Below are positions 28,989 through 38,569 of a DNA stretch of 64,000 nucleotides, one piece after another. Numbering within the stretch: position 1 is the first letter of the stretch; every line of letters starts with the position of its first letter. The notes under the pieces were generated by a model, which saw only the letters and a list, made by a program, of their open reading frames with translations, had not been told where the DNA came from and did no database searches. This stretch comes from Gemmatimonadota bacterium (GTDB lineage: Bacteria; Gemmatimonadota; Gemmatimonadetes; Palauibacterales; Palauibacteraceae): contig OY762926.1 in assembly GCA_963666735.1 (NCBI GenBank), positions 2,592,001-2,656,000 of the forward strand, written 5' to 3'. Made by a program: the position numbers and the translations under genes.

Positions 28989-30512
28989 CTACCGGTCCGC
29001 GAGTACGCGCACGACGCGTCCATCCGAAGAGACGATCTTGATGGGACCGGTGAGCACGTCGTCGCCGAGATGGACCTCGTGACCTGGAGCGCGGCGCCCG
29101 TCGGCCTGGCCGCCGGGCAGCGTGTAGGGCTCGGCGCGATCCACATCGACGGCGTAGCCGAGATCCGCCATCGACTGGATCGTGATCGCGCTGAAGGCTT
29201 CCGGCACGCCGAGCCGGTTGAGCGGCCGCATGAGTTCGCCCCGGAGGACGGCGCCCCGCCAGTGCAGGTTGGCGCTGCCCGCGCCGCCGAAGTTCTCGAC
29301 TGGGACCTTGGCCCCGCCGGTGTAATCGGCGCCGCCCGCCGCGTCGAAGGCGGCGATGGCCAGCGGACCGGTGAAGTGCGCGTCGATCGCCCCCACGCCC
29401 AGCGACCGGTCGCGCAGCAGACCCTTGACCGGCCAGAGCACTCCGAACCCCAGCGCGTGGGCGATCTCGTGCATGGCGAGTTCCGTTGCGTCGCCGGACC
29501 CGATGAGACCATCGAAGTCGGACACATCGAAGAACATGACGGAGACGTAAGGGAGGTTCGACTCTTCCCGGAGCCGGCACGTGCCGGCTTGGGCAAGCGT
29601 CCGCCCAGGACCGTCGATGTCCCGCATTTCGACCAGGATGAGCAGGTCGTCGACCGAGGCGACGGGCTCCGCTGTCCGCGCCCCGTGGCAGTCGATGCGA
29701 TCGCCGGCGGGGACGGGGACGGCCGGGAGTTCCGTACCCGCCAGCACCGACATCCAGAGTTCCGCCGCCGGACGGATCGCGGCGCGATGCGGCTCCGTCA
29801 CCATGGTGTCGAAGCTGAGCACGATGTCGAAGTCGCCCTCCGTGGCCCGGACGCGCACGGTGAAGGAACTCTCGGCCCTGAGACCTCCCGCGTCGCGCGC
29901 CGCCACCGTCACCGTGGCCGTCCCCTGCGCGACGGCGACGATGTGGATCGTGTCGCCCGGGGCGGCGACGCCAGCGATGGCCGCCACCCCGCTGTCCGAG
30001 GAGACGGCGCCATGGATGAGCGCTTCCCCGTCCGGGTCGATGAAATATCCCGACACATCCACCCGTGCCGTATCCGCTACGGCCAACCTGAGGTCCGGGA
30101 TCGCGCCCGAGGCCACGGGCGCCCGATTCGGCACCGTCACCTCGAAGCGCAGCGCGGCGGCTCGCCCTTCCGGGTCGCGCGCGGTGATCGCCACTGTCGA
30201 TGTCCCCGGCGCCACGGAGACGATGCGGATCGTGCTCCCCGAGACGCCGGCGAGCGCGACCTCCTCGGCCGACGACCTCGCCTCGAAGGAGAGCACGTCC
30301 CCGTCGGGATCGCGGAAGTAGCCGGACGCGTCCACCGTCGCCGTGTCCCCCACCGCCAGGTCGAAACCGGCCACGGCGCCGATGACCATCGGGGGCCGCG
30401 TCAGCGGAAGTTCCATGCTCCCGTCGCCGCACGCCACGGTCCCCGCCGCGGCGAGGAGCACAAAGGCCCGCGTCACGGCCAGCCAAGCAGTTCCTCTGCG
30501 TGGACGAGTCAT
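28989..30512 (-). CDS. Lipoprotein with two Ig/cadherin-like repeats and leishmanolysin (M8)-like metallopeptidase
   Basis: TVAC lipobox; two repeats L.V.DTA.VD.SGYF.DPDG..L...VA.GT.TV..(T/A)ARD..G; HEIAHALGFG zincin, later HW and ELM (Met-turn-like), SMADLGY. Confidence 0.8.
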   Translation of the reverse strand: MTRPRRGTAWLAVTRAFVLLAAAGTVACGDGSMELPLTRPPMVIGAVAGFDLAVGDTATVDASGYFRDPDGDVLSFEARSSAEEVALAGVSGSTIRIVSVAPGTSTVAITARDPEGRAAALRFEVTVPNRAPVASGAIPDLRLAVADTARVDVSGYFIDPDGEALIHGAVSSDSGVAAIAGVAAPGDTIHIVAVAQGTATVTVAARDAGGLRAESSFTVRVRATEGDFDIVLSFDTMVTEPHRAAIRPAAELWMSVLAGTELPAVPVPAGDRIDCHGARTAEPVASVDDLLILVEMRDIDGPGRTLAQAGTCRLREESNLPYVSVMFFDVSDFDGLIGSGDATELAMHEIAHALGFGVLWPVKGLLRDRSLGVGAIDAHFTGPLAIAAFDAAGGADYTGGAKVPVENFGGAGSANLHWRGAVLRGELMRPLNRLGVPEAFSAITIQSMADLGYAVDVDRAEPYTLPGGQADGRRAPGHEVHLGDDVLTGPIKIVSSDGRVVRVLADR

Positions 30513-30549
30513 GGCCGGCAAGGACTGGGTTGGCGACTCCGGGCCAGAA

Positions 30550-31104
30550 TCAACTCCGGCCCGGCGGCTCGCCGGTGTCTGGGTCGGCCTGTTGCGAGGG
30601 CCTTGATTCGTCCTGCGGGCTCCGGAAAGCCCGGAACCAATGCGGAAGGCGGCCCAGGACGAAGATTGCAGCAATACCTACGAGCGTCCAGCCGCCAAGG
30701 GTCATGGCAAAACTCTCGTAGCCCAAGTACAGGGCCCATCCACTACAGGCCAGAACGGAGATTACGACAACCGCGCCTGCCAACTGGCCGCGTCGTCGCT
30801 CGGCAAAGACGCCTTCAACAACCTTCGTTCCCGTTTCGATCTCGTGCTCGGCCGCCTTCTCCGCCATCTGGATGATACGATCAGCCGAACCGGGGACGGA
30901 GTCCTCGTACTGCTGCAAGACTTGGGGCGGTGGGATTGGCCCCTTGATGGTAACGCGGCGGGATCTGGCAATCAGGGTCCCGGGATCGGGCTCATCCGAC
31001 GCCCTGGGACGTTCGATAGCCTCAGGGTTGCGGGCTGCCGGTTCCCCCGGATTCTTCGTGGCTACCGCCCGGCCCCTCCCGCGGCGCCGTTTCTTCTTCG
31101 CCAT
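30550..31104 (-). CDS. DUF2335 family membrane protein
   Basis: GPIPPPQVLQQYEDSVPGSADRIIQMAE signature followed by RRGQ and two TM helices. Confidence 0.85.
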   Translation of the reverse strand: MAKKKRRRGRGRAVATKNPGEPAARNPEAIERPRASDEPDPGTLIARSRRVTIKGPIPPPQVLQQYEDSVPGSADRIIQMAEKAAEHEIETGTKVVEGVFAERRRGQLAGAVVVISVLACSGWALYLGYESFAMTLGGWTLVGIAAIFVLGRLPHWFRAFRSPQDESRPSQQADPDTGEPPGRS

Positions 31105-31270
31105 CCTCAAACTCTTCGATTGCGTGCCAAATCGCTTCGCCCGTCCTCTCCCAACTCCGACGAATCACGGTATCCGCATCGTACGGATACAAGTCGTCAT
31201 CTTTCGTCTCGGGCCACAAGTCGAAGATGGAGCCGAAGCCCCTAACAACGTTCATCAAACGCTCGGCCAT
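31022..31270 (-). CDS. Small acidic hypothetical protein upstream of DUF2335
   Basis: 82-aa ORF GFGSIFDLWP...IRRSWERTGEAIWHAI with a GGAG-like SD upstream; overlaps the DUF2335 start. Confidence 0.6.
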   Translation of the reverse strand: MAERLMNVVRGFGSIFDLWPETKDDDLYPYDADTVIRRSWERTGEAIWHAIEEFEDGEEETAPREGPGGSHEESGGTGSPQP

Positions 31271-31462
31271 GAAAGCGCTCCTGCGCTGGATCGACCCGGG
31301 GTTCTCCTATCCACCCTGAGCCCGGCTGTCAACACAGTGTGAAACCCCAACACCGCCGCGCGGTTCGAGGCCAAGACCCGACAAGAGAATACAGCACCGT
31401 CACGACGGACACGAGGGCTAATGCGCATGAAGGGCGTCCTTACTGCTCCGCGTGGTCAATCG

Positions 31463-31918
31463 CTATGCGCCGGTGACGTGGAGGACCGCCGTACGCCGGT
31501 GCGGGCGGCGGCGGTGCTCGAACAGGAAGATCCCCTGCCACGTACCCAGGGCGGGCGCGCCATCCACCACGGGAACGGCCAGGTGCGTCTGCGTCAGCGC
31601 CGACCGGATGTGCGCGGGCATGTCGTCCGGCCCCTCCATGGTGTGGCGGTAGAGGCGGTCGTCTTCCGGCACGAGCCGGGCGAAGAAGTTCGAGATGTCG
31701 TGCAGCACGTCGGGATCCGCGTTCTCCTGAATTGTGAGCGACGCCGACGTGTGGCGGATGTAGACGGTCAGCATGCCCGTCTCGATCTCGAGCCCGGCCG
31801 CCCACTCGACGACCGGGCGGGTGATCTCGTACAGACCCTTCCCCCGCGTCTCGACCCCGAGCTGCCGGACGAACTGCCTCAGCCCGGCATGGGACGCGCC
31901 GGCTCGCCCGGCGTTCAG
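31463..31918 (-). CDS. yjbQ: YjbQ / UPF0047 family protein (start uncertain, possibly CTG)
   Basis: HTSASLTIQENADPDV, EGPDDMPAHIR, LGTWQGIFLFEHR. Only the C-terminal part of the track ORF 31463..33628 is real. Confidence 0.9.
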   Translation of the reverse strand: MNAGRAGASHAGLRQFVRQLGVETRGKGLYEITRPVVEWAAGLEIETGMLTVYIRHTSASLTIQENADPDVLHDISNFFARLVPEDDRLYRHTMEGPDDMPAHIRSALTQTHLAVPVVDGAPALGTWQGIFLFEHRRRPHRRTAVLHVTGA

Positions 31919-34329
31919 GCCACCTCCTCGCGCGCGGCCTCGGCGGCGTGCGCGCGCAACGCCCGCCACACGCGCTGCGGCGTGAAGGGGAGTTCGTCGA
32001 TCCGGACTCCCACCGCGTCGTATATCGCGTTCGCGATCGCCGGGAGCGACGGGTGGAGCGGACCCTCCCCCGCCTCCTTGGCGCCGTAGGGACCCTCTGG
32101 ATCCACCGACTCGACGATGAGAGCCTCGAACTCCGGGCAGTCCATGGAGGTGGGGATCCGGTAGTCCAGGAGCGAGGGCGACGCGTGCAGGCCGCCCTCC
32201 ACCGGCCCCTCGCGGAAGAGCTGCTCCTCGAAGATCGCCTCGGCGAATCCCATGTAGGCGGAGCCCTCGATCTGGCCTTCGACGAGCACCGGGTTGAGCG
32301 CGCGGCCGCAGTCGTGCGCCACCCAGATGTTCTTCACGCCGACGACCCCCGTGTCCTCCTCGACCTCGACTTCCGCCACGTGCGCGGTGAAGGAGTAGGC
32401 GGGCGACGATCCGATCGTGCCGCCGCGGTAATCTCCGTGCACATCCTTCGGCGTGTCGTAGGAGCCGGCGGCCCCGAGCAGGCCGAACTTCGCCTCGGCG
32501 ATGTTGAAGGCCTCCGAGATGGGGAGGCGTCGGCCGGCGTCTTCCGGGGCCTCGGAGTCGAAGGCCCAGCCCCGCGCCAGACGCACCCGCGCGGGCGGCA
32601 CGTCCCACTGCTCCGCGACGGCCTCCGTCACCTGCGCGCGCAGCGTGCGGCAGGCCTCGAGGCAGGCGTTCCCCACCATGACCGTCTCGCGCGACGAGTA
32701 CGCGCCCAGGTCCACCGGCGTGAGGTCCGTGTCGGCGGAGAAGACGCGCACGTAGTCGAGCGGAACGCCGAGTTCCTCGCACGCGATGTAGGCCATGGTC
32801 GAGTCGGACCCCTGTCCGATCTCCGAGGCGCCGTGCAGGATCGCCACCCGGCCGGAGCGCTCGACCTGGACCTGCACCGCGGCCTGGGGCATCTCGTTCG
32901 GATAGATCGGGTAGTTCGTGCCGGAGATGTAGGAGGAGGCCGCCATCCCGAGGCCGCGACCCGCCGGCAGCCGCCGGTAGCGCTTCTTCCAGTCGCTGGC
33001 GCGTTCCACCGCTTCGAGGCACTCCAGGAAACCGTTGGACCGCACCCTGAACTCGTTCACCGTCCGACCCGTGCCCATGAAGTTGCGGCGGCGGAGTTCG
33101 AACGGGTCGAGGTCGAGCTTCTCGGCCATCTTGTCGAGCGAGATCTCGTACGCGAAGCGCGGCTGCACGGAGCCGTGGCCGCGCTTGGGGCCGCACGGGG
33201 CCACGTTCGTGTAGACCCGGGTCGAGTCGAAGCGGTAGGACTCGATGTGGCAGGGCGAGGTGAGAAGCTGTCCCGAGTAGTACGTCGTCACGAGACCGAA
33301 CGAGGCGTAGGCGCCGCCATCGAGGACCGTGTGCGCGTCGAGCGCCCTGAGCTTCCCGTCGCGCGAGGCGCCGAGCCGGTACTTCATGCGCATGGGGTGG
33401 CGGCCGCGGTGCGAGTAGAACAGTTCCTCGCGCGTGTAGAGGACCTTCACCGGACGGCCCGTCCGCATCGCGAGGAGCGCCACGCAGAACTCGAGATCGA
33501 ACGGCTCCGACTTGCCGCCGAAGGCCCCTCCCACCGCCGGCTGCGTGACCCGCACCTTCGCCACGTCGTGATCGAGTACCCGCGCCAGCTCCCGCTGCAG
33601 GTAGTGCGGGACCTGCGTCGAGGACCACACCTCGAGCACGCCATCCGGGCTGAGCCGTGAGATCGCGCAGTGAGGCTCGATCGGCGTGTGCGTCGTCCCG
33701 TGGAAGAAGTACTCCCCCTCGACGGTGACGTCCGCCTCCGCCATGCGCGCGTCCACATCCCCGAACTCGAGGTGGACGTGCTTGAGGATGTTGCCGTTCG
33801 CCCCCGGCTTGCGCGGCGCGTGGATGGGCTCCGCGGCGGCCTCGGGCGTCAGCGACTCCTCGGGTGAGAGATAGACGGGAAGCGGCTCGTACTCGACGTG
33901 GATCCGCTCGAGCGCCGCGTTCGCCGTGTCCTCGTCGACCGCCGCCACCGCGGCCACCGCGTCGCCGATGAAGCGCACCTTGTCGACGCAGAGCGCGTGC
34001 TCGTCGCGAGTCCAGGGGATGATCCCGTACGGCAGGGGCATGTCCCGTCCGGTGATGACGCCGTGCACGCCTTCGAGAGCCTCGGCCTCGGCCGTGTCGA
34101 TCGAGACGATGCGCGCGTGCGCTTCGGTGGAGCGGAGGATCTTCCCGTGCAGCATCCCCGGCAGGACGATGTCGTCCGTGTAGATCTCGCGGCCGGTCGA
34201 CTTGCGCAGCCCCTCGATCCGGCGCGCGCGGCGGCCCAACGCCGTGAACTCGGCGCCGGCCAATTCGGGAAGCCTCTCCGGGAATTCCGCGGCCTCAAGC
34301 TGCCGGGGCGTCAATTCGTGCGGGTGCAT
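31915..34329 (-). CDS. Xanthine dehydrogenase family Mo-binding large subunit, 4-hydroxybenzoyl-CoA reductase alpha (HcrA)-like
   Basis: AHARI, STQVPH, VGGAFGGK, RGHG, GQGS, GAYSSR, AHDCG..LNP..VEGQIEG, GAKEAGE. Confidence 0.9.
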   Translation of the reverse strand: MHPHELTPRQLEAAEFPERLPELAGAEFTALGRRARRIEGLRKSTGREIYTDDIVLPGMLHGKILRSTEAHARIVSIDTAEAEALEGVHGVITGRDMPLPYGIIPWTRDEHALCVDKVRFIGDAVAAVAAVDEDTANAALERIHVEYEPLPVYLSPEESLTPEAAAEPIHAPRKPGANGNILKHVHLEFGDVDARMAEADVTVEGEYFFHGTTHTPIEPHCAISRLSPDGVLEVWSSTQVPHYLQRELARVLDHDVAKVRVTQPAVGGAFGGKSEPFDLEFCVALLAMRTGRPVKVLYTREELFYSHRGRHPMRMKYRLGASRDGKLRALDAHTVLDGGAYASFGLVTTYYSGQLLTSPCHIESYRFDSTRVYTNVAPCGPKRGHGSVQPRFAYEISLDKMAEKLDLDPFELRRRNFMGTGRTVNEFRVRSNGFLECLEAVERASDWKKRYRRLPAGRGLGMAASSYISGTNYPIYPNEMPQAAVQVQVERSGRVAILHGASEIGQGSDSTMAYIACEELGVPLDYVRVFSADTDLTPVDLGAYSSRETVMVGNACLEACRTLRAQVTEAVAEQWDVPPARVRLARGWAFDSEAPEDAGRRLPISEAFNIAEAKFGLLGAAGSYDTPKDVHGDYRGGTIGSSPAYSFTAHVAEVEVEEDTGVVGVKNIWVAHDCGRALNPVLVEGQIEGSAYMGFAEAIFEEQLFREGPVEGGLHASPSLLDYRIPTSMDCPEFEALIVESVDPEGPYGAKEAGEGPLHPSLPAIANAIYDAVGVRIDELPFTPQRVWRALRAHAAEAAREEVA

Positions 34330-34400
34330 GCGTCCAATCTACGTCCCGGCCCCGGGCGGAGCATCAAGTGCTGACGAGATCCGGGTTCATCGCCCCCGGT

Positions 34401-35657
34401 TTACCGTTCCCCCTCCGGGGCCCGTCCCATCGCGCGAAGGAGGTCGTAGTAGTCGATCCAGGCGGCGGATCGCATGGACAGGGCGCTGAGCCGCGCGCTC
34501 CGGAAGGCGTTCGCCGCATCGAGCAACTCCAGTAACGACATTTCATTCTCCCGGTACGCCGCCGTCGCCGAGGCGAGCAACGCCTCGGCATCCGCCAACA
34601 GGCCATCCGCCGCGGCTGCGAGACGGCCTCGACTGGAAGTGTACCGGTCCGAGGTCGTCAGGAGATCGTTCTCCGCCATCCGTCTCCGGAGGTTGAGGCG
34701 ATGGGCGGCCGCGGCACTCCGGGCGTCGGCTTCCTCCCGGGCGCCCCCTCCCCGGTCGAAGAAAGGCAGGGGGAGATCGACCCCCAGGCTGACCCCCTCG
34801 AATCCATCCAACTGACTTCGATATCCGATACCGACGGTGGGGTTGGGTATCCAACGTGAGTTCGCAACGGAGAGCTCGGACTGCGCGGCGTCCAGATCCC
34901 GTAGCGCAGCCTCCAGGTCCGGCCGCTCGGGCAGGGCGCCGAGGGCGTCTTCCCGAGTCACCGGTGGCGGCACCCCTTCCAGCCCCGCCGACGGTCCGAT
35001 TTCCGCGTTGTCGGTCCCGGGAAGGATCAACGCGGCCAAGCGCCGGCGGGCGTCCCGCACCCGGAGTTCCGCCTCGGCCACATCCTGTTCGGCCTGCACT
35101 CGTTCCAGTCGCAGGCGTCGGGCCTCGTAGGCGGAAATATCTCCCTCTTCCAGACGGATTTCCGCGTCCTCGGCCACCTCCCGGATCACCGACGCGGCCC
35201 GCCGAACCGTGAGTTCCGCCGCCTCCGCAAACCAAGCCAGCGCCCAGGCCTCGCGAACCTCGAACGCGAGCTGAATCGAGTCCGCGCGGAAACGGGCCGC
35301 GCTCGCGCCGATCATGTGGGCGGCCGCGCGGTAACGGGCGGCCGTCCGGCCGGGCCATTCCAGGGGTTGAGAGAGGACGAGGTTGTCTTCCCGGTACTCG
35401 TCCGCACCACGGTCGAGAGCGTCGCGCCGGACCGAGAGCGACGGGTTGAACCACGCACGAGACTGGCGCGCGGCTCCCGCGATCCCGGCGGCCTCGGAGC
35501 GCGCGAGCCGGAGCGCCAGGCTGTTTTCCGCGAACGCCTCGAGGGCCGCCGCGAGCGAGACCCGGCGGACGCCTTCCTGACCGAAAGCTGCGTGCGGCAG
35601 AAGGAGCAGAACGAAAAGGGCGCCAAGCCCCAGGAGCGCGATGTAGCGGATGTTCAA
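34401..35657 (-). CDS. TolC family outer membrane efflux protein (start approximate)
   Basis: Signal peptide, two OEP repeats, LPLPFFDRG, Y..(N/G)E.SLLELLDA. Confidence 0.88.
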   Translation of the reverse strand: MNIRYIALLGLGALFVLLLLPHAAFGQEGVRRVSLAAALEAFAENSLALRLARSEAAGIAGAARQSRAWFNPSLSVRRDALDRGADEYREDNLVLSQPLEWPGRTAARYRAAAHMIGASAARFRADSIQLAFEVREAWALAWFAEAAELTVRRAASVIREVAEDAEIRLEEGDISAYEARRLRLERVQAEQDVAEAELRVRDARRRLAALILPGTDNAEIGPSAGLEGVPPPVTREDALGALPERPDLEAALRDLDAAQSELSVANSRWIPNPTVGIGYRSQLDGFEGVSLGVDLPLPFFDRGGGAREEADARSAAAAHRLNLRRRMAENDLLTTSDRYTSSRGRLAAAADGLLADAEALLASATAAYRENEMSLLELLDAANAFRSARLSALSMRSAAWIDYYDLLRAMGRAPEGER

Positions 35658-35964
35658 TTCCTCGTCGCGATAGCCCGGATCGGGTTTCACGGGGTTTCGA
35701 CGCGGTCGGCGGCGTACCCGGATCTCACGGCCAACCTCACCGATCGCCGCACCGCGCAGCAAGTGCGGCCCCGCGTGAAGCCCGCGTGAAGAGTGACCCC
35801 GCGCCACGGTTTCGGTAAGCCGGGCGACGGCCCGAAGCGCCGTCCGGGACCAGCAAGCGCGCAAGCACCCGGATCGCGCGTCGGAGGCGGATCCTACTTT
35901 CGGCGGTGACAGCACGTTCGGGGATGTCGTCCGCGCCGGACCCCTCACCCGTGCCTGCTGGGGG

Positions 35965-37320
35965 TCACCTTCCGGTAAAGACGCCCAGCACGTCGGTGAG
36001 GAGCCACCAGGTGCCGACGGCGAGGATGGCGGCGGGGATGACGAAGCGGAGCCAGTAGTAGAGCCACATCGGGGGCACGCCCCGCGTCCGGGGCCGGTCC
36101 CCGCCCGCCGCGAGCTGCCGAAGGACTTCGGAGCGGTCGAGCGCCCACCCCACCGCGACGACGGAGAGCAGCGCGCCGAGCGTCTGGAAGCCGGAGCCGA
36201 AGGTCAGGTCCCACGGCGTGAAGACGCTCATGTTGATCATCGGGGGGAAAGCGAACACGAACACCGCGCCGGTCGTGAGGGTCACGGCGCGCGAGCGGTC
36301 GAGGCGCGTGTTGTCGGTGACGCCGGCCACGAGCACCTCGAGCGCCGCCACGTCCGAGAGGTAGGCGCCGCCGAACAGCGCCAGGAAGAAGAGCGTTCCG
36401 AACACGGCGCCGGCGGGGATGCGCGCGAACACCTCGGGAAGCGTCGCGAACAGGAGGCCGGGGCCGCTCCCCGGTTCGAGTCCAAAGGCGAACACGGCGG
36501 GGAAGATGACGAGGCCGGCGAGGAGCCCGGCGCACAGGTCGCCGCCCGCCGTGAAGACGGCGTTGCCGCGCAGGGGATCGTCCCGGTTCAGGTAGGAGCC
36601 GTACACGACCATGAACGTGCCGCCCAGCGAGAGGCTGAAGATGGCCTGCCCGAGCGCGCCGAGCATGACCGGCGGCGTGAGCGCCCCCGGGTCGAACGCG
36701 CCCAGGTACCATCGGAGCCCCTCGCCCGCCCCCGGCAGCGTGAGCGAACGGACGATGAGGATCACCAGCCCCGCGAGAAGGGCCGGGACGATGAAGCGGC
36801 TGGCCTTCTCGATCCCGCCCCGGAGGCCGCGGCGCAGCACGGCGGCGCAGGTGAGGAGGACGGCGCCGGTGCAGACGCACTGCAGGAGGAGGGAGCGCGG
36901 CGAGAAGCCCTCCTCCGGCGGCAGGATCGCGGCTGCGTCGATCTCGATGCCGACGCCGGAGAGCAGCCCGGCCAAGGCGTGGTACAGCACCCAGCCGAGC
37001 GCGTTCGAGTAGTAGCCGGTGGCCGCGGTCACGCCGGCGAAGAAGATCCAGCCGAGAGCCCGGCCGAAGGGGAGGCCGGCCGACTCGAACGCGCCGGCCG
37101 GGCCGCGGCGGGTGTGCCGGCCCAGCGTCCATTCGGCCATGAGCGCGGGCACGCCGATCAGCACCACGGCCAGGACGTAGAAGGCCACGAAGGGCGCCCC
37201 GCCGAACTCGCCGACCATGTACGGGAAGCGCCACACGTTCCCGAGACCGACGGCGACGCCGATCATCGTGGCCACGAGCCCGAAGCGGGAGCCGAACGTC
37301 TCGCGTCTGTCTCGTTCCAT
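35965..37320 (-). CDS. Sodium-dependent transporter, NSS/SNF family
   Basis: IGVAVGLGNVWRFPY, QAIFSLSLG, GPGLLF. Confidence 0.95.
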   Translation of the reverse strand: MERDRRETFGSRFGLVATMIGVAVGLGNVWRFPYMVGEFGGAPFVAFYVLAVVLIGVPALMAEWTLGRHTRRGPAGAFESAGLPFGRALGWIFFAGVTAATGYYSNALGWVLYHALAGLLSGVGIEIDAAAILPPEEGFSPRSLLLQCVCTGAVLLTCAAVLRRGLRGGIEKASRFIVPALLAGLVILIVRSLTLPGAGEGLRWYLGAFDPGALTPPVMLGALGQAIFSLSLGGTFMVVYGSYLNRDDPLRGNAVFTAGGDLCAGLLAGLVIFPAVFAFGLEPGSGPGLLFATLPEVFARIPAGAVFGTLFFLALFGGAYLSDVAALEVLVAGVTDNTRLDRSRAVTLTTGAVFVFAFPPMINMSVFTPWDLTFGSGFQTLGALLSVVAVGWALDRSEVLRQLAAGGDRPRTRGVPPMWLYYWLRFVIPAAILAVGTWWLLTDVLGVFTGR

Positions 37321-37441
37321 GCTCGACCTCTAGCTTGGCGGGTCGCATGTCGCCGCCGGCGCCCGGCGCCCCGGTGGACTCGCCCCTCGCTGACGGGCGA
37401 AACCTTGGGGGAGGGGCCGGCCGAGAGAAAGGGACGCCAGC

Positions 37442-38569
37442 GTGAAAGCTCCCTGGTTCCGCCGCTATCTGCTGCCGGGGCTCGTCTTCCAGTCGGCCGT
37501 CATCGCGGGCGGATACGGCACGGGACGGGAGAACGTCGAGTTCTTCCTCTTGATCGGCCCCACGCCCGGGCTCGCGGCCATGGCCCTCTCGACGGCGATC
37601 TGGAGCGCGGTGTGCGCCGTCACGTTCGAACTCGCGCGCCAGTACCGCAGTTACGAGTACCGCAACTTCTTCAAGCGTCTGCTCGGGCCGTCCTGGGTGC
37701 TGTTCGAGGTCACGTACGTGTTGCTGACGCTGCTCGTGCTGGCCGTCATCGGGGCGGCGGCGGGCTCGATCGTGGACGAGACGTTCGGGCTCCCGTACGC
37801 GCTGGGCGTGATCGTGGCGCTGGGGGCGGTCGCGCTGCTCCTCTTCTACGGCAGCGCGGCGATCGAGCGCTTCTTCGCGGGCTGGTCGTTCGCGCTCTAC
37901 GCCGTGTTCGTGGCGCTCGTCGTGTGGTCGCTGGTGCGCTTCGGGTCCACGCTCGGCCCGAGCTTTGCCGCCAGCAGCCTCAACGGTGACTGGCTCGTGA
38001 AGGGGGTGCAGTACGGAGGCTACAACCTCTCCGCCGCCGCCGTGGCGCTGTTCACCGTGCGCCACATCCAGACCCGGAAGCAGGCCGTGTGGGCCGGCCT
38101 GCTGGCCGGCGTCATCGGGATGCTGCCCGCCCTCTTCTTCTACCTCGCGATGGTGCCGCACTACCCGGCCATCGTCGACGCGACCGTCCCCTCGAACTTC
38201 ATCCTCGAGGCGCTCGGGTCGAGGACGTTCCAGATCGCCTACCAGATCATCCTTTTCGGCACCCTGATCGAGACCGGGACGGGGATGATCCACGCCGTGA
38301 ACGAACGGCTCGCGGCCACCCGGCGCGAGCGGGGCACCGCGATGCCGGGTTGGGCCAGACCCGCGGTCGCGGCGGTCTTCCTCGGCGTCGCGCTGTCGCT
38401 CACCCCTCTCGGCCTCATCGACCTCATCCGGCAGGGATACGGGACGATCACCTGGGGGTTCATCGTCTACTACGTCCTGCCCGTCCTCACCATCGGCGCG
38501 TGGCTCGCGTTCCGGAAGCGGGGAAGAGCGGGAACCGCCGGGTTACCCGGAGGGAGTGACGGGCCGTGA
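37442..38569 (+). CDS. YkvI-like membrane protein (APC-superfamily transporter)
   Basis: VIAGGYGTGRE..EFF motif; about 10 TM helices. Confidence 0.8.
   Translation: MKAPWFRRYLLPGLVFQSAVIAGGYGTGRENVEFFLLIGPTPGLAAMALSTAIWSAVCAVTFELARQYRSYEYRNFFKRLLGPSWVLFEVTYVLLTLLVLAVIGAAAGSIVDETFGLPYALGVIVALGAVALLLFYGSAAIERFFAGWSFALYAVFVALVVWSLVRFGSTLGPSFAASSLNGDWLVKGVQYGGYNLSAAAVALFTVRHIQTRKQAVWAGLLAGVIGMLPALFFYLAMVPHYPAIVDATVPSNFILEALGSRTFQIAYQIILFGTLIETGTGMIHAVNERLAATRRERGTAMPGWARPAVAAVFLGVALSLTPLGLIDLIRQGYGTITWGFIVYYVLPVLTIGAWLAFRKRGRAGTAGLPGGSDGP

Noticed and set aside
31919..33628. Apparent 721-aa YjbQ fusion
   Set aside because: The N-terminal 570 codons are an alternative frame of the Mo-subunit gene; only the YjbQ part is real.
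35690..35960. Metal or cobalamin riboswitch upstream of tolC
   Set aside because: GC-rich hairpins and an 11-bp duplication are present, but I could not match any conserved riboswitch core; a covariance-model search would be needed.
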